Assembly: GCA_037444165.1 (NCBI GenBank)
Contig: JBBIMX010000007.1
Coordinates: 1 to 58,928, forward strand
Length of the DNA: 58,928 bases
Source: Deltaproteobacteria bacterium
GTDB taxonomy: Bacteria; Desulfobacterota; BSN033; UBA1163
Direction: 5' to 3'
A model generated the notes under the pieces. The model was not told where the DNA came from. It searched no databases and was given only the letters and a program-made list of their open reading frames with translations. The translations under genes were made by a program, and so were the position numbers. This document shows, one piece after another, positions 23,446 through 37,349 of the stretch; position 1 is the stretch's first letter, and the number at the start of each line of letters is the position of its first letter.

Positions 23446-24449
23446 CAGACGACTCCCGCCTTTAAAAGATCATGCAGATGAATCACCCCTACAGGAACCT
23501 TTTCTCCTGGCTGATCAAAAACAAAGAGGGAGGTGATGGAGTATTCTTCCATCCTCTGAACGGCTTTTGCAGCCAAGGCATCTTTTTCAATCCATTTTGG
23601 ATTTCTGGTCATGACCTCTGAGGCGGTCCGATTGAGAAGGTCACTGAATCTTTCAAGAGCCCTTCGAAGATCCCCATCGGTAATGACTCCCACCAGATGT
23701 CCCTGATCATTTAAAACTGCCGTGACCCCCAATCGTTTAGAAGTGATCTCAAAAATGACTTCTTTCATGAGAGTCTTTTCAGTCACTTTTGGGAAGGCTT
23801 CTCCCACATGCATTAAATCCTTCACGGTAAGAAGGAGTCTTTTCCCCAAGGCACCTCCAGGATGAAGGAGGGCGAAATCCTCCTCTTTGAATCCCTTTTT
23901 AATCATCAAAGTGACGGCCAGGGCATCTCCAAGGGCAAGGGTAGCGGTGGTGCTTGCCGTTGGGGCTAACCCCAAAGGGCAGGCCTCTGTCTTGACATGA
24001 ATGTTCAGGCAGACATCGGCGGCCTTTGCCAAGGTGGACCTGAGATTTCCCGTTAAGGCGATGAGCTTATTTCCGTAGCGTTTAATGAGGGGGAGAACCT
24101 CCAGGAGTTCTCGCGTCTCGCCACTATTGGAGATGGCCATGACGAGGTCCTCTCGAGCTAACATCCCGAAGTCTCCATTGAGTCCCTCTGCAGGATGAAT
24201 GAAAAAAGATGGGGTCCCCGTACTGGCAAAGGTGGAGGCGATCTTTCGACCCACCAAGCCCGATTTACCCATGCCCATTAGAACGACTCTCCCTTTACAT
24301 CCATAAAGAAGGTCTACTGCCTTGGAGAAGTTCTCATCGATCCGATCGATGAGATCGAGGATCGATTGGGCTTCGATTCGTAAAACTTTTTTTGCCTCTT
24401 CAATCGCATTGAACTCGGTCATTGTCCCTACCACCTTTACAGCATCCAT
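23445..24449 (-). CDS. kdsD: arabinose-5-phosphate isomerase (KpsF/GutQ, SIS plus CBS pair)
   Basis: GMGKSG, STGTP, APTAST, HPGGALG, TDGDLRR; start at 24449 or 24422. Confidence 0.94.
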   Translation of the reverse strand: MDAVKVVGTMTEFNAIEEAKKVLRIEAQSILDLIDRIDENFSKAVDLLYGCKGRVVLMGMGKSGLVGRKIASTFASTGTPSFFIHPAEGLNGDFGMLAREDLVMAISNSGETRELLEVLPLIKRYGNKLIALTGNLRSTLAKAADVCLNIHVKTEACPLGLAPTASTTATLALGDALAVTLMIKKGFKEEDFALLHPGGALGKRLLLTVKDLMHVGEAFPKVTEKTLMKEVIFEITSKRLGVTAVLNDQGHLVGVITDGDLRRALERFSDLLNRTASEVMTRNPKWIEKDALAAKAVQRMEEYSITSLFVFDQPGEKVPVGVIHLHDLLKAGVV

Positions 24450-24452
24450 CTT

Positions 24453-27405
<2,953 letters not shown>

Positions 27406-27413
27406 AAAACCTA

Positions 27414-27440
27414 AATATACCAAAAAGTTACAAATGTCAA
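27414..27440 (-). promoter_or_regulatory. sigma70-type promoter upstream of apgM
   Basis: minus strand TTGACA ... TG-G-TATATT (extended -10, short 15-nt spacer). Confidence 0.45.
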
Positions 27441-27459
27441 ATAAAAATCTTTACTTGAA

Positions 27460-27475
27460 AGCAAAAGTTATGCCA
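27460..27475 (-). promoter_or_regulatory. sigma54 (-24/-12) promoter element
   Basis: minus strand TGGCATAACTTTTGCT: GG-N10-GC with a near-consensus TGGCAY-N5-TTGCW, intergenic and oriented toward apgM. Confidence 0.7.
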
Positions 27476-27513
27476 ATTTTTATTAAACAAGGGTGTTTAA
27501 ATAGGGAAGGAAT

Positions 27514-28653
27514 TTAAGAGGACAAACTTCTTTTGAGGATTGGGAATACCTTTTTGCGAATATATTGGACCACCTTCTCCATCTCTGCCCGGTTGTCTCT
27601 TTTATTAGACATAAAATGAATGGGATCTCCTCTTAATCTTCTTTCCTTAAACCCGTAGCTCTCCGCCCAATTCAAATAACTTTCCGGAATCTCTTCTTTC
27701 AATTCAATTCCATTCATGATCGCCCATGCTAAAGTCCAGGCACGGGCCACATTAGAGATCTGATAGCCTCCACCCCCTAAAGCTACCCATCGAGGGGCCA
27801 AATCCCTCATTCTTTGAACCACCTTTTCGAAGGCATAAATAGAGAGTCTAAGATTGGTAAGGGGGTCGTCAAAAAAGGTATCCACTCCTAACTGGGTGAC
27901 CAGAATATCGGGTTTAAAAATGGAGAGTAATTCAGGAACGACCTCTTCAAAGGCCCATAGATAAGTATCATCTTCAGTATAAGGAGGAAAAGGAAGATTT
28001 ACAGAAAATCCTTCCCCTTTTCCTTCTCCAATCTCATACTCAAAACCACTGCCAGGAAACAGAGTATACCCTGATTCATGGAGGGAGATCGTTAATACCC
28101 GGTCTGTGGTGTAGAAAGCTTTCTGAACCCCATCCCCATGATGAGCATCAATATCAAGGTAAGCCACCCTCATCCCTCGATCCAAAAGTCTCAAGATCCC
28201 TATTACAGGATCATTGATGTAGCAGAATCCTGAGGCCCTCTCTCTCATGGCATGATGAAGCCCACCCGCTATATTGAAGGCCCTCTCTCCCTTTCCACTG
28301 GCGACGAACTCAACGGCTTGAAGGGTGGCTCCTGTCACCAAAAGAGACCAATCAAAAAGGCCAGGGAAAATTGGATTGTCTCCAGGCCCAAGGCCGTAGG
28401 GATAGAACTCCCCTTTCATCCTCCCTTGATTTGCCTGTTTTAAGATGGCTAAATAATCTTCACTATGAAACCGTGAGAGGTCCTCCTCTTTTGCCTTCTC
28501 GGTCTGAACGAGTTCGACACCCGGAAGGTCAAGGAGCCCATAGGCTTTAATCAATTCATAGGTCAATCTAAGCCTGATAATTCGCAGGGGATGGGTAGGA
28601 CCATAATCAAATTGGAAATAGTCATCGGTATAAATGAAGGCATTTTTCACCAT
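27514..28653 (-). CDS. acuC: acetoin utilization protein AcuC / Zn-dependent histone-deacetylase-family deacylase
   Basis: HPL, GGLHHA, GFCYIND, DIDAHHGDG, GGGGY. Confidence 0.88.
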   Translation of the reverse strand: MVKNAFIYTDDYFQFDYGPTHPLRIIRLRLTYELIKAYGLLDLPGVELVQTEKAKEEDLSRFHSEDYLAILKQANQGRMKGEFYPYGLGPGDNPIFPGLFDWSLLVTGATLQAVEFVASGKGERAFNIAGGLHHAMRERASGFCYINDPVIGILRLLDRGMRVAYLDIDAHHGDGVQKAFYTTDRVLTISLHESGYTLFPGSGFEYEIGEGKGEGFSVNLPFPPYTEDDTYLWAFEEVVPELLSIFKPDILVTQLGVDTFFDDPLTNLRLSIYAFEKVVQRMRDLAPRWVALGGGGYQISNVARAWTLAWAIMNGIELKEEIPESYLNWAESYGFKERRLRGDPIHFMSNKRDNRAEMEKVVQYIRKKVFPILKRSLSS

Positions 28654-28666
28654 GGAGGCTTGCCCT

Positions 28667-29173
28667 CTACCATTTGGCAGAAGTGATCTTTTCAAAATCT
28701 TCCCAAAAATGAGCCTCTGCCTTCTGCCAGTATTCCCCCCATCGACTTTTGAAGAAGCCTTCCAATTTTTTCATCAATCGTTTCCAGCCCGGAAGATAGT
28801 CATACTTTAAGACATCTTCAAGGAAAGGAACGATCTCTCCTAATTTCTCTTTAGGAAGATAGGCATAGGCCTTTTTTTCAAAAGACCGTTTAAGGGCTTC
28901 AGGCGTAAGGGCATGGGCAGTGAGCATCGCCACGCGAAGTTTTTTTTCAACAGCCAGGTCCAATAGTTCAAATCCTCGAACCCCCATAATATCCAAGATG
29001 ACCACATCATAGCTCTGCGACTGCAGTTTCTTGACCGCTTCCTCATAGGTCGTCGCTTTCTCAAAAATAGATCGGGGTGCAGCTTGGAGGATCTCTTCTT
29101 CCAAGGCAGACAAAACATCCGGTTCATCATCCACAGCGAGAATCTTTTTACCATTGAGAATGGACTCGCTCAT
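28667..29173 (-). CDS. response regulator (receiver domain plus short C-terminal extension)
   Basis: ILAVDDE, ILDIMG (phospho-Asp), LTA, YLPK. Confidence 0.88.
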   Translation of the reverse strand: MSESILNGKKILAVDDEPDVLSALEEEILQAAPRSIFEKATTYEEAVKKLQSQSYDVVILDIMGVRGFELLDLAVEKKLRVAMLTAHALTPEALKRSFEKKAYAYLPKEKLGEIVPFLEDVLKYDYLPGWKRLMKKLEGFFKSRWGEYWQKAEAHFWEDFEKITSAKW

Positions 29174-29254
29174 GAAAGGGTCCTCCCGATTTCCTTTTAC
29201 CGTAGTCCCTATCGTTCATTCTGTTGAAGGGTCTCTTGATAAGGAATCGCCATT

Positions 29255-30328
29255 TTATCTTAAACGAAGAGATTTCAATACCGCCTCCTTCGTTGGAGGA
29301 AGGGTGATCGGTTTTTGAGAGATTCGAATGGCCGTATCTGGGTCTTTTAAACCATGGCCCGTGATGGTTAACACGACGGTCTCCCCTTTTTTAAAGAACC
29401 CTTTTTGATAAAGTTTGATCACCCCGGCCAGGGAGGCGGCTGAAGCGGGCTCACAGAAGACTCCCTCAAGGCTGGCGATCATTTGATAGGCCTTAAGGAT
29501 CTCCTCATCGCTCACCATATCGATTAATCCTCCTGATTCATCCCTTGCTGCTACGGCCTGCTTCCAGCTCGCAGGATTTCCAATACGAATGGCCGTAGCC
29601 ACCGTCTCTGGTTTCTCAATCACTTTTCCTCTCACGATGGGAGCTGCTCCTTCGGCTTGAAATCCTAACATCTTTGGAAGTCGATCCGCTCTCCCCTTCT
29701 CCCAGTATTCCTTATATCCTTTCCAATAGGCAGTGATATTCCCTGCATTTCCAACGGGGAGGCAGTGATAGGTTGGAACGAATCCTAAGGCATCAATGAT
29801 TTCAAAGGCAGCCGTCTTCTGACCTTCGATCCGATAAGGATTAAGGGAATTGACTAAGGTGATTGGTTCGGTCTCAGAGATCTCTCTTACAATTCGAAGG
29901 GCCTCATCAAAATTCCCTTCGATTTGAATCACCTGAGCCCCATGGGCGATGGCCTGGGAGAGTTTCCCGAGGGCAATCTTTCCTTCCGGGATGAGGACAT
30001 ACGCTCGCATCCCTGCTTTGGCCGCATAGGCAGCGGCAGAAGCGGAGGTATTCCCGGTAGAGGCACAGATGACCGCTTGAGAGCCCATTTCTTTAGCCAT
30101 GGAGACAGCGACGCTCATTCCCCTATCTTTAAAAGATCCCGTTGGATTAAGCCCCTCGTATTTGTAAAATAACTCAATCCCTTGAAGCACTTCCTTCTGA
30201 ATTCGTGAAGAAGGGATTAAGGGAGTATTCCCCTCAAGAAGGGTAACGATATTCTTTTCTTCTTTGAGGGGTAAAAAATCCCAGTATTCGCGAATCACTC
30301 CCCGCCAAAGGTGTCTTTTAAGTTCCAT
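29255..30328 (-). CDS. thrC: threonine synthase
   Basis: [13 protein letters not shown] lysine, [23 protein letters not shown]. Confidence 0.96.
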   Translation of the reverse strand: MELKRHLWRGVIREYWDFLPLKEEKNIVTLLEGNTPLIPSSRIQKEVLQGIELFYKYEGLNPTGSFKDRGMSVAVSMAKEMGSQAVICASTGNTSASAAAYAAKAGMRAYVLIPEGKIALGKLSQAIAHGAQVIQIEGNFDEALRIVREISETEPITLVNSLNPYRIEGQKTAAFEIIDALGFVPTYHCLPVGNAGNITAYWKGYKEYWEKGRADRLPKMLGFQAEGAAPIVRGKVIEKPETVATAIRIGNPASWKQAVAARDESGGLIDMVSDEEILKAYQMIASLEGVFCEPASAASLAGVIKLYQKGFFKKGETVVLTITGHGLKDPDTAIRISQKPITLPPTKEAVLKSLRLR

Positions 30329-30335
30329 CGCCTGA

Positions 30336-31649
30336 TTACTCCAGTTCGTTTTCTACTCGAAGAAACATGGTTTTTCCAAGAATGACCCCGAGTCGATCAA
30401 TCTCTTTTAGGGCTCTATGAACACTGCTCTCCTTAGCCTCGTGGGTCATCATCACCACCGGGACAGCTCCATTGATCTGTCTTCCCTTTTGGATCACGGC
30501 TGAAATGCTAATCCCGTTCTTTCCCAAGATTCCTGAGATTTTGGAGAGAACACCAGGACGATCGATGGCTGAAAATCTCATGTAAAAAGGCATGATGAGA
30601 TCATCCATCCTCTTAAGTGGAACCTTCTCGATCGCAGATTCCTGGTAAGAAAGAAGGGGAACCCTTCGTCCAGAGGCCTTGACTAAAATATTTCTTCCCA
30701 ATTCAACCAGGTCACTGACCACGGCACTTCCGGTGGGCATCTGCCCGGCCCCTTGACCATAAAAGAGGGTGGGACCGACGGCATCTCCTTTGATATAGAT
30801 CGCGTTAAAGACTCCCCCTACCGTAGAAAGGAGATGGGTTTCAGGGATCATCGTAGGATGGACACGGGCCTCCAATCTTCCCTCCTCCATCTTCGCGATA
30901 GCCAGGAGTTTAATTCGATAACCAAATTCCCGGCTGAACTGGATATCCAGAGGGGTGATCTCTGAAATGCCATCAATAAAAATATCCTCAAATCGAAGGG
31001 GAGTCCCGAAGGCCAGACGAATCAGGATTGAAAGCTTATGCGCTGCATCTATTCCTTCAATGTCCAGAGTTGGGTCTGCCTCCGCATATCCTTTTTCCTG
31101 GGCCTCTTTGAGGACCTGTTTAAAACTGCTTCCCTCTTCCGTCATCTTGGTCAGAATGTAATTGGACGTTCCGTTGAGGATACCAAAAATGGACTGAATT
31201 CGATTGGCAACCAATCCTTCTTTGATGGAACGAATGAGAGGAATTCCTCCTCCCACAGAAGCCTCAAAATTGACCTCCACTCCAAATCGGTGGGCGGCCT
31301 TAAAGATCTCATCCCCGTGAAGGGCAAGGAGGGCTTTATTGGCCGTAACGATATGTTTACGATGACGAATCGCTTTGAGGATATAGGTCTTGGCCGGTTC
31401 GATCCCTCCTATCAATTCCATCACAATATCGATCTCTGGATCTCTGATCACCTCATCGGCTTCCCGGGTTAAGACCCCCTTTTTTAGTCTTACTCCACGA
31501 TCCTTTTTTAGATCGATATCCGCTACTTTTTTCAGGACAATCTTGGCGCCCATCCGTTTTTCAATGAGCCTCGAATTCTTTTGAAGGATTTTGACTACCC
31601 CTGTTCCCACTGTGCCAAATCCAATCAGTCCGACTTTAATCTCCTTCAT
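30336..31649 (-). CDS. hom: homoserine dehydrogenase with C-terminal ACT domain
   Basis: [38 protein letters not shown]; start after a GAGG RBS. Confidence 0.96.
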   Translation of the reverse strand: MKEIKVGLIGFGTVGTGVVKILQKNSRLIEKRMGAKIVLKKVADIDLKKDRGVRLKKGVLTREADEVIRDPEIDIVMELIGGIEPAKTYILKAIRHRKHIVTANKALLALHGDEIFKAAHRFGVEVNFEASVGGGIPLIRSIKEGLVANRIQSIFGILNGTSNYILTKMTEEGSSFKQVLKEAQEKGYAEADPTLDIEGIDAAHKLSILIRLAFGTPLRFEDIFIDGISEITPLDIQFSREFGYRIKLLAIAKMEEGRLEARVHPTMIPETHLLSTVGGVFNAIYIKGDAVGPTLFYGQGAGQMPTGSAVVSDLVELGRNILVKASGRRVPLLSYQESAIEKVPLKRMDDLIMPFYMRFSAIDRPGVLSKISGILGKNGISISAVIQKGRQINGAVPVVMMTHEAKESSVHRALKEIDRLGVILGKTMFLRVENELE

Positions 31650-31665
31650 ATCAACCTCACTTCTA

Positions 31666-32847
31666 TTAACGAAAGGCCTTTCGAATTCCCTGGATTGCCT
31701 GTTTGATCCTGGCTTCATTTTCAACCAGGGCAAATCTCACATAACCCTCTCCATATTCTCCAAAGCCCACTCCAGGAGACACGGCTACCTTTGCCTCTCT
31801 TAAGAGGAACTTGGCAAAATCGATGGAACCCATCTTCTGAAAAGGTTTCGGAATCTCCGCCCATACGAACATCGTCCCCTTGGGTTTCTCAATCTCCCAG
31901 CCAACCCGTTTCAATCCTTGAATTAGAGTATCCCTTCTTCGCCGGTAAATCTCAACGGTCTCTCGAACGCAATCTTGATCCTCCTTCAGTGCAATAATGG
32001 AGGCAATCTGGATGGGCTGGAAAATGCCATAATCCACATAGCTTTTTAACCTGGCCAGGGCTCCAAGCATTTGAGGATTTCCAGCAGCGAACCCCACTCG
32101 CCATCCAGCCATATTGTAGCTTTTCGAGAGGGAGAAGAACTCGACCCCGATCTCCTTTGCTCCTTTCACCTGAAGGAGACTGGGTGCACGATAATCATCG
32201 AAGACAATATCGGCATAGGCCAGATCATGAACGACCATCAGGTGATGCTCTTTGGCAAAATCAACCAGCATCTCGAAGAAATGAAGGTCGACGACCCGGG
32301 TGGTTGGATTATGAGGAAAACTGAGAATGATCATCTTTGGATGAGGCCAGGACTCTTTGGTGGCCGTGAGTAACCGTTGGAAGAAATCCTCTTCTTTGAT
32401 CAGAGGGACGGAACGGACATCTCCTCCTGCGATGACGACGGAATAGGCATGAATGGGATAGGTTGGATTGGGAACGAGAGCGACATCCCCTGGAGAGAGG
32501 ATAGCCAAGGCCAGATGAGCAATCCCTTCTTTGACCCCAATGGTCACAACGATTTCTGTCTCCGGATCCAGATCCACATCATAACGCTTTCGATACCATT
32601 CACACATCGCCAATCGAAGTTTATAGATTCCTCTCGAAGCAGAGTATCGATGGTTTTTCGGGTTTTTGACGGATTCGACCAATTTTTGAACAATATGTTT
32701 GGGAGTGGGAAGATCCGGATTTCCCATCCCCAGATCAATAATATCTTCCCCCCTTCTTCGGGCTTCGATCTTCAGTTGATCCACGATCGCAAAGAGATAG
32801 GGAGGAAGCCTCTCCATTCGATAGAAATGGAATCCCTGAATCTCCAT
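31666..32847 (-). CDS. alaC: class I/II PLP aminotransferase (AlaC-like)
   Basis: [33 protein letters not shown]; upstream of hom. Confidence 0.82.
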   Translation of the reverse strand: MEIQGFHFYRMERLPPYLFAIVDQLKIEARRRGEDIIDLGMGNPDLPTPKHIVQKLVESVKNPKNHRYSASRGIYKLRLAMCEWYRKRYDVDLDPETEIVVTIGVKEGIAHLALAILSPGDVALVPNPTYPIHAYSVVIAGGDVRSVPLIKEEDFFQRLLTATKESWPHPKMIILSFPHNPTTRVVDLHFFEMLVDFAKEHHLMVVHDLAYADIVFDDYRAPSLLQVKGAKEIGVEFFSLSKSYNMAGWRVGFAAGNPQMLGALARLKSYVDYGIFQPIQIASIIALKEDQDCVRETVEIYRRRRDTLIQGLKRVGWEIEKPKGTMFVWAEIPKPFQKMGSIDFAKFLLREAKVAVSPGVGFGEYGEGYVRFALVENEARIKQAIQGIRKAFR

Positions 32848-32904
32848 CCCTCCTTCTCCTTTTCAAAAATGGTTAACATACTTCTATACCCATTTCAATC
32901 CATC

Positions 32905-35037
32905 CTACCCGATGGTCGCCAATTCGAGTCTTCCTTTCCATCGGTCCATCAAGGCCGCCCGAAGGGGTTGATGGGAAGGGTTTAGAAGTTGGGGGTCCCT
33001 GTCCACTAATCGAAAGGCCTCTCTCCTGGCCTCCATCAAGATGGCCGAATCCCGGATGAGTCGACCCACTCTAAAATCTGGAAGCCCGGATTGACGAACT
33101 CCAAAAAATTCCCCAGGCCCTCTCAGTTCTAAATCCTCTTCGGCAATCTTGAATCCGTCGGTAGTGCGCTCCATCGCCTGGAGTCGAATTCGCGCCTCTT
33201 CAGAGATCCGATAAGGGGCTATAAGAATACACTTGGAGGGATGATTCCCTCTCCCAATCCTTCCTCTCAACTGATGGAGCTGGCTAAGACCAAATCGCTC
33301 CGCATGTTCTACGACCATGACAGAGGCATTGGGAATATCAATGCCGACCTCGATGACGGTCGTCGCCACTAAGAGATGAATCTTTCCTTCTTTGAACTCT
33401 TTCATGATCGCCTCTTTCTCCTCACCCTTCATTCGACCATGAAGAAGCCCCACTCGGAGATCCGGAAAGACATCTCTTTGCAAATGCTCCGCCATTCGAG
33501 TGGCATCTCGCAGGTCTAACTTCTCTGATTCCTCTACCAGGGGATAGACGATGAAGGCCTGCCTTCCCTTTTGGAGCTCTTCCTTGAGGATTCGATAAAC
33601 CCGAGCCCGTGAGGATTCAGAAAAAACTCTTGTCTCTATCGGCATTCTTCCTGGTGGCATCTCATCAATGATGGAGAGATCAAGATCTCCATAGACGGTC
33701 ATGGCCAATGTCCGTGGAATGGGGGTGGCCGTCATCACCAATATGTCTGGATTCACTCCTTTCTTTCTCAGGAGTCCTCTCTGGATGACTCCAAATTTAT
33801 GTTGTTCATCTATGATCGCAAAACCCAAACGGTGAAATTCCACGTCCTCCTGAATGATGGCATGAGTTCCAATAATCATCTGAATCTCACCCCTTTGTAT
33901 CTCTCGATAGATCCTCTCTCTTTCTAACCCCTTTACATGGCTGGTCAGAAGGGCGATTCGAATCCCTAATGGGGTGATCCAACGAGAGGCCGTTGAATAA
34001 TGCTGTTCAGCCAGGACTTCCGTGGGAGCCATGATGGCCACCTGATAGCCACATTCGAAAACGGGGAGGGTTGCAAGAAGAGCCACAATGGTCTTTCCGC
34101 TTCCTACATCTCCCTGAATCAATCGATTCATAGGATGGGGTTTCTCCATATCTTCGAGGATCTCTTTTAAAACCCTCTCCTGGGCGGACGTCAAAGAGAA
34201 AGGAAGCTGAGAAAGCCCCTGTTGAAGAAGGAGTCCATCTGTTTTAAAAGGAATCCCCTTCTCAAGGTGGACCTGTCTCTTCTTTAGGGCGAGACCCAGT
34301 TCTAAGAAGAAGAATTCGTCAAAAATAATTCTTCGATGGCCTTCTGATTGAAAGAGATTCAATCTTTTTAAGGACTCTTCATTGGGAGGGAAATGGACCC
34401 TTCGGAAGGCCTCCTGAAAATCGATCAATCCTTGAGCCTCCTGAATCTCTGCGGGGATGGGACTCTCCACATACGGGGCATATTCTTCCAAGATCCTCTT
34501 CATCAATCTCCGCCATGTTCGCTGATAGACGCCTTCGATCTCAGAGTAGATAGGAACGATTCGATTAAAATTTAACGAGTCTTTATCCACCTCCCCTTCG
34601 ATCATCTCTACATCGGGATGATGAATCTCCTTGTGGCCATGGAACCACCGAACCTCACCCGAAAAGAGGATTCGCCTTCCCTTTTTAAAGCGTTCTCGAA
34701 GATACCGCTCATTTCCGTGAAACCACTTCAAGAGGATGACTCCACTGCCATCTCTCACCATGACTTCAAAAATTCTTTTCCGTTGGTTTTGATAGAAAAC
34801 CATCTCAGAGAGGAAAATCTCTCCGATACTGGCCTCCTTGTAACCCACTTTCAACTCGGCAATCTTTTTAATGTTTCGCCGATCTTCATAAGCCCGTGGA
34901 AGGAAATAGAGGGCATCCTCCACGGTGTAGATTCCCTTCTTACCCAAAAGGGCTGCCAATTTTGGTCCCACCCCTTTTACATACTGAATAGGGGTAAGAA
35001 GGCGATTCTGGAAAGGAGGTTTTACGGATGGACTCAT
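32905..35037 (-). CDS. recG: ATP-dependent DNA helicase RecG
   Basis: QGDVGSGKT, DEQH, MTATPIPRT, QLRGRIGRG, RGPGE. Confidence 0.97.
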   Translation of the reverse strand: MSPSVKPPFQNRLLTPIQYVKGVGPKLAALLGKKGIYTVEDALYFLPRAYEDRRNIKKIAELKVGYKEASIGEIFLSEMVFYQNQRKRIFEVMVRDGSGVILLKWFHGNERYLRERFKKGRRILFSGEVRWFHGHKEIHHPDVEMIEGEVDKDSLNFNRIVPIYSEIEGVYQRTWRRLMKRILEEYAPYVESPIPAEIQEAQGLIDFQEAFRRVHFPPNEESLKRLNLFQSEGHRRIIFDEFFFLELGLALKKRQVHLEKGIPFKTDGLLLQQGLSQLPFSLTSAQERVLKEILEDMEKPHPMNRLIQGDVGSGKTIVALLATLPVFECGYQVAIMAPTEVLAEQHYSTASRWITPLGIRIALLTSHVKGLERERIYREIQRGEIQMIIGTHAIIQEDVEFHRLGFAIIDEQHKFGVIQRGLLRKKGVNPDILVMTATPIPRTLAMTVYGDLDLSIIDEMPPGRMPIETRVFSESSRARVYRILKEELQKGRQAFIVYPLVEESEKLDLRDATRMAEHLQRDVFPDLRVGLLHGRMKGEEKEAIMKEFKEGKIHLLVATTVIEVGIDIPNASVMVVEHAERFGLSQLHQLRGRIGRGNHPSKCILIAPYRISEEARIRLQAMERTTDGFKIAEEDLELRGPGEFFGVRQSGLPDFRVGRLIRDSAILMEARREAFRLVDRDPQLLNPSHQPLRAALMDRWKGRLELATIG

Positions 35038-35258
35038 CGAGTCCTCCCTCCTTTTCTCCTTGGGATGCCTCTCTTCATTTTTTTATAAGATGGAGTCTCT
35101 TCCAGCACTACTTTGATAAACTTTTTTTTACAAAAAGGGCACACGATCTCATTTTCCCCGGGTTTTAATGAATCCTTCTCATAAGAGAGGGGTTGATCAC
35201 AATAAGGACACCGATGAGGAAATTTTTGGACGACCATCTCTTGAATCTCTCTATTCAT
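35034..35258 (-). CDS. small Zn-ribbon-like hypothetical protein
   Basis: CPYC-x18-CPFC; stop overlaps the recG start (ATGA); GGAG RBS. Confidence 0.7.
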   Translation of the reverse strand: MNREIQEMVVQKFPHRCPYCDQPLSYEKDSLKPGENEIVCPFCKKKFIKVVLEETPSYKKMKRGIPRRKGGRTR

Positions 35259-35292
35259 AAAATAATGCTCCTTTAATCCTGAATGTGAATGA

Positions 35293-35321
35293 ACTATACT
35301 AAAACTCGCCTAAAGAATCAA
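35293..35321 (-). promoter_or_regulatory. sigma70-type promoter for the Zn-ribbon gene and recG
   Basis: minus strand TTGATT-17 nt-TATAGT. Confidence 0.55.
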
Positions 35322-35339
35322 TTGGAATGAATGATTTTT

Positions 35340-35368
35340 TTGACATCCCGAAAGAAATTTGCCATAAT
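35340..35368 (+). promoter_or_regulatory. sigma70-type promoter for the mla operon
   Basis: TTGACA-17 nt-CATAAT with TG extension. Confidence 0.65.
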
Positions 35369-35376
35369 TTTGCCTT

Positions 35377-36144
35377 GTGAATTGGATCAATCGATTAGGA
35401 GCCTTTACGATTTTCTATATCGAAAGAATGGGCAGAATGGGTCTTTTTCTTGTGAAGGCCTTCCTTTGTGCTATCACTCCTCCTTTTAAATCCTCATGGG
35501 TATTAAAACAGATCTGGTTCATTGGATCTCAATCCACTCTGGTCATCTTCCTCACCGGTGCATTTTCTGGCATGGTCCTGGGGCTCCAGGGGTTTTATAC
35601 CCTCAACCGATTCGGTTCAGTGGCCCTCTTGGGGCCTATGGTTGCTCTTTCCTTGATCAAAGAACTTGGTCCGGTCCTCTCTGCCCTGATGGTGACCGGA
35701 AGAGCTGGCTCTGCGATTACGGCAGAAATTGGAATAATGCGAACCACCGAGCAGATCGATGCGATTGAATTAATGGGCCTTAATCCATTTCGATACCTGA
35801 TCGTCCCTAAATTGATCGCCGGAATCATCGCCCTTCCCCTATTGACGGCCATTTTCAATGTGGTCGGGATCTTTGGGGGATATCTTATTGGAGGAAAGCT
35901 CTTGGGAGTAGGAGAAGGAACCTATTTTGGGGAGATGACCGCTTATGTAAAAATCCAAGATGTATTGGAAGGGATTTATAAATCTTTGAGTTTTGGGATC
36001 TTAATCACTTGGGTTTGTTGTTATAAAGGCTATTATGCCGGATATGGAGCAGAGGGAGTGAGCAAAGCGACGACCCAGGCAGTCGTCCTCTCCTCCGTCC
36101 TCATTCTTTTTTGGGATTACATCATGACCTCTCTCCTTTTTTAG
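35377..36144 (+). CDS. mlaE: MlaE lipid asymmetry ABC permease
   Basis: ELGPVL, GRAGSA..AEIG.M..TEQIDA, GAEGVSKATT. Confidence 0.95.
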   Translation: MNWINRLGAFTIFYIERMGRMGLFLVKAFLCAITPPFKSSWVLKQIWFIGSQSTLVIFLTGAFSGMVLGLQGFYTLNRFGSVALLGPMVALSLIKELGPVLSALMVTGRAGSAITAEIGIMRTTEQIDAIELMGLNPFRYLIVPKLIAGIIALPLLTAIFNVVGIFGGYLIGGKLLGVGEGTYFGEMTAYVKIQDVLEGIYKSLSFGILITWVCCYKGYYAGYGAEGVSKATTQAVVLSSVLILFWDYIMTSLLF

Positions 36145-36152
36145 AGAAAAAA

Positions 36153-36899
36153 ATGATTCAATTGGATAAGGTTTACAAATCTTTTAATGGAGTCCCTGTT
36201 CTGAGAGGGATCTCTTTTCAAGTCCAAAAAGGAGAGATTCTGGCCCTGATCGGGGGGAGTGGTCAAGGGAAAAGCGTCATCCTAAAACATATTGTTGGGC
36301 TGATGAAGCCTGATCAGGGCCATGTCTTTATCGAGGGAAAGGACATCTGTCATCTCAAAGGGAAACCCCTTGAAGAGATCCGAAGTCGAATCGGGTTTCT
36401 TTTCCAGAGCAATGCCTTATTTACTTCTTTTACGGTTTACGAAAATGTAGCCTTCCCTCTCCGGGAAAAGACCCCTCTGCCCGAGGAGGAGATTCGAAAA
36501 AGGGTGATGGATCAACTCGAACAGGTAGGCCTCTCAGGAGCAGAGAATAAATACCCCGCAGAGCTCAGCGGTGGGATGATGAAACGAACTGCTTTTGCAC
36601 GGGCTCTGATTCAGAATCCTGAAATCATGCTTTTTGATGAACCCACGACAGGACTCGATCCTATCATCGCTCGGACCATCCTGGATCTCATCCATTCCCT
36701 CCATTCCCGTCTCGGGTTTACAGCGATCATTGTTAGCCATGAACTTTCGAGGATCTTTCAGATCGCCCATCGGGTGGCCATGATCCATGAGGGAACCCTT
36801 CAAACCATTGGAACACCCGAAGAGATTCTAAAATCCAAAGACCCAGTGGTCAGACAGTTCATCCGTGGGGCTTCCGAAGGTCCCATGACATTTTATTGA
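36153..36899 (+). CDS. mlaF: MlaF ABC ATPase
   Basis: GGSGQGKS, LSGGMMKR, DEPTTGLDP. Confidence 0.93.
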   Translation: MIQLDKVYKSFNGVPVLRGISFQVQKGEILALIGGSGQGKSVILKHIVGLMKPDQGHVFIEGKDICHLKGKPLEEIRSRIGFLFQSNALFTSFTVYENVAFPLREKTPLPEEEIRKRVMDQLEQVGLSGAENKYPAELSGGMMKRTAFARALIQNPEIMLFDEPTTGLDPIIARTILDLIHSLHSRLGFTAIIVSHELSRIFQIAHRVAMIHEGTLQTIGTPEEILKSKDPVVRQFIRGASEGPMTFY

Positions 36900-36908
36900 G
36901 GGAGAAAG

Positions 36909-37349
36909 ATGAAAAGATTGAATATGGAATTTGGGGTTGGGCTTTTCGTGATCGCAGGAATTCTCTGTCTGGGATACCTTTCCATCAAATTGGGCCGGAT
37001 GGAGATCTTTGGGGGGAGAGGATACGAAATCTATGCCATCTTTTCCAATACGGGCGGGATTAAGACAGGCTCCACAGTGGTCCTCGCCGGAGTGGAGGTA
37101 GGGAGAGTAAAAAGCATCTCTCTCGAAAACTATCAGGCAAAGATCACCCTCCTTCTTCAACCAGAGGTCAAAATTCAGGAAGATGCGATTGCCTCCATCA
37201 AGACGAAAGGTCTGGTTGGAGAGAAGTATATCGAAATCACCCCTGGAGGTTCCAATGAATTTATCCCGCCGGGCGGGAGGATCCGGGAAACACAACCCCC
37301 TGTGGACCTGGAAGATCTGATCTCCAAAATCCTATTTGAAAAGATTTGA
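36909..37349 (+). CDS. mlaD: MlaD MCE-domain protein
   Basis: N-terminal TM, AGVEVGRV, TKGLVGEKYI. Confidence 0.94.
   Translation: MKRLNMEFGVGLFVIAGILCLGYLSIKLGRMEIFGGRGYEIYAIFSNTGGIKTGSTVVLAGVEVGRVKSISLENYQAKITLLLQPEVKIQEDAIASIKTKGLVGEKYIEITPGGSNEFIPPGGRIRETQPPVDLEDLISKILFEKI

Noticed and set aside
24423-24452. MDAVKVVGT leader of kdsD as a kdsA deletion scar
   Set aside because: Nine residues are too few to support homology.
32377-32985. 202-aa plus-strand ORF
   Set aside because: It lies antisense to alaC and the recG 3' end and has no recognisable domain.
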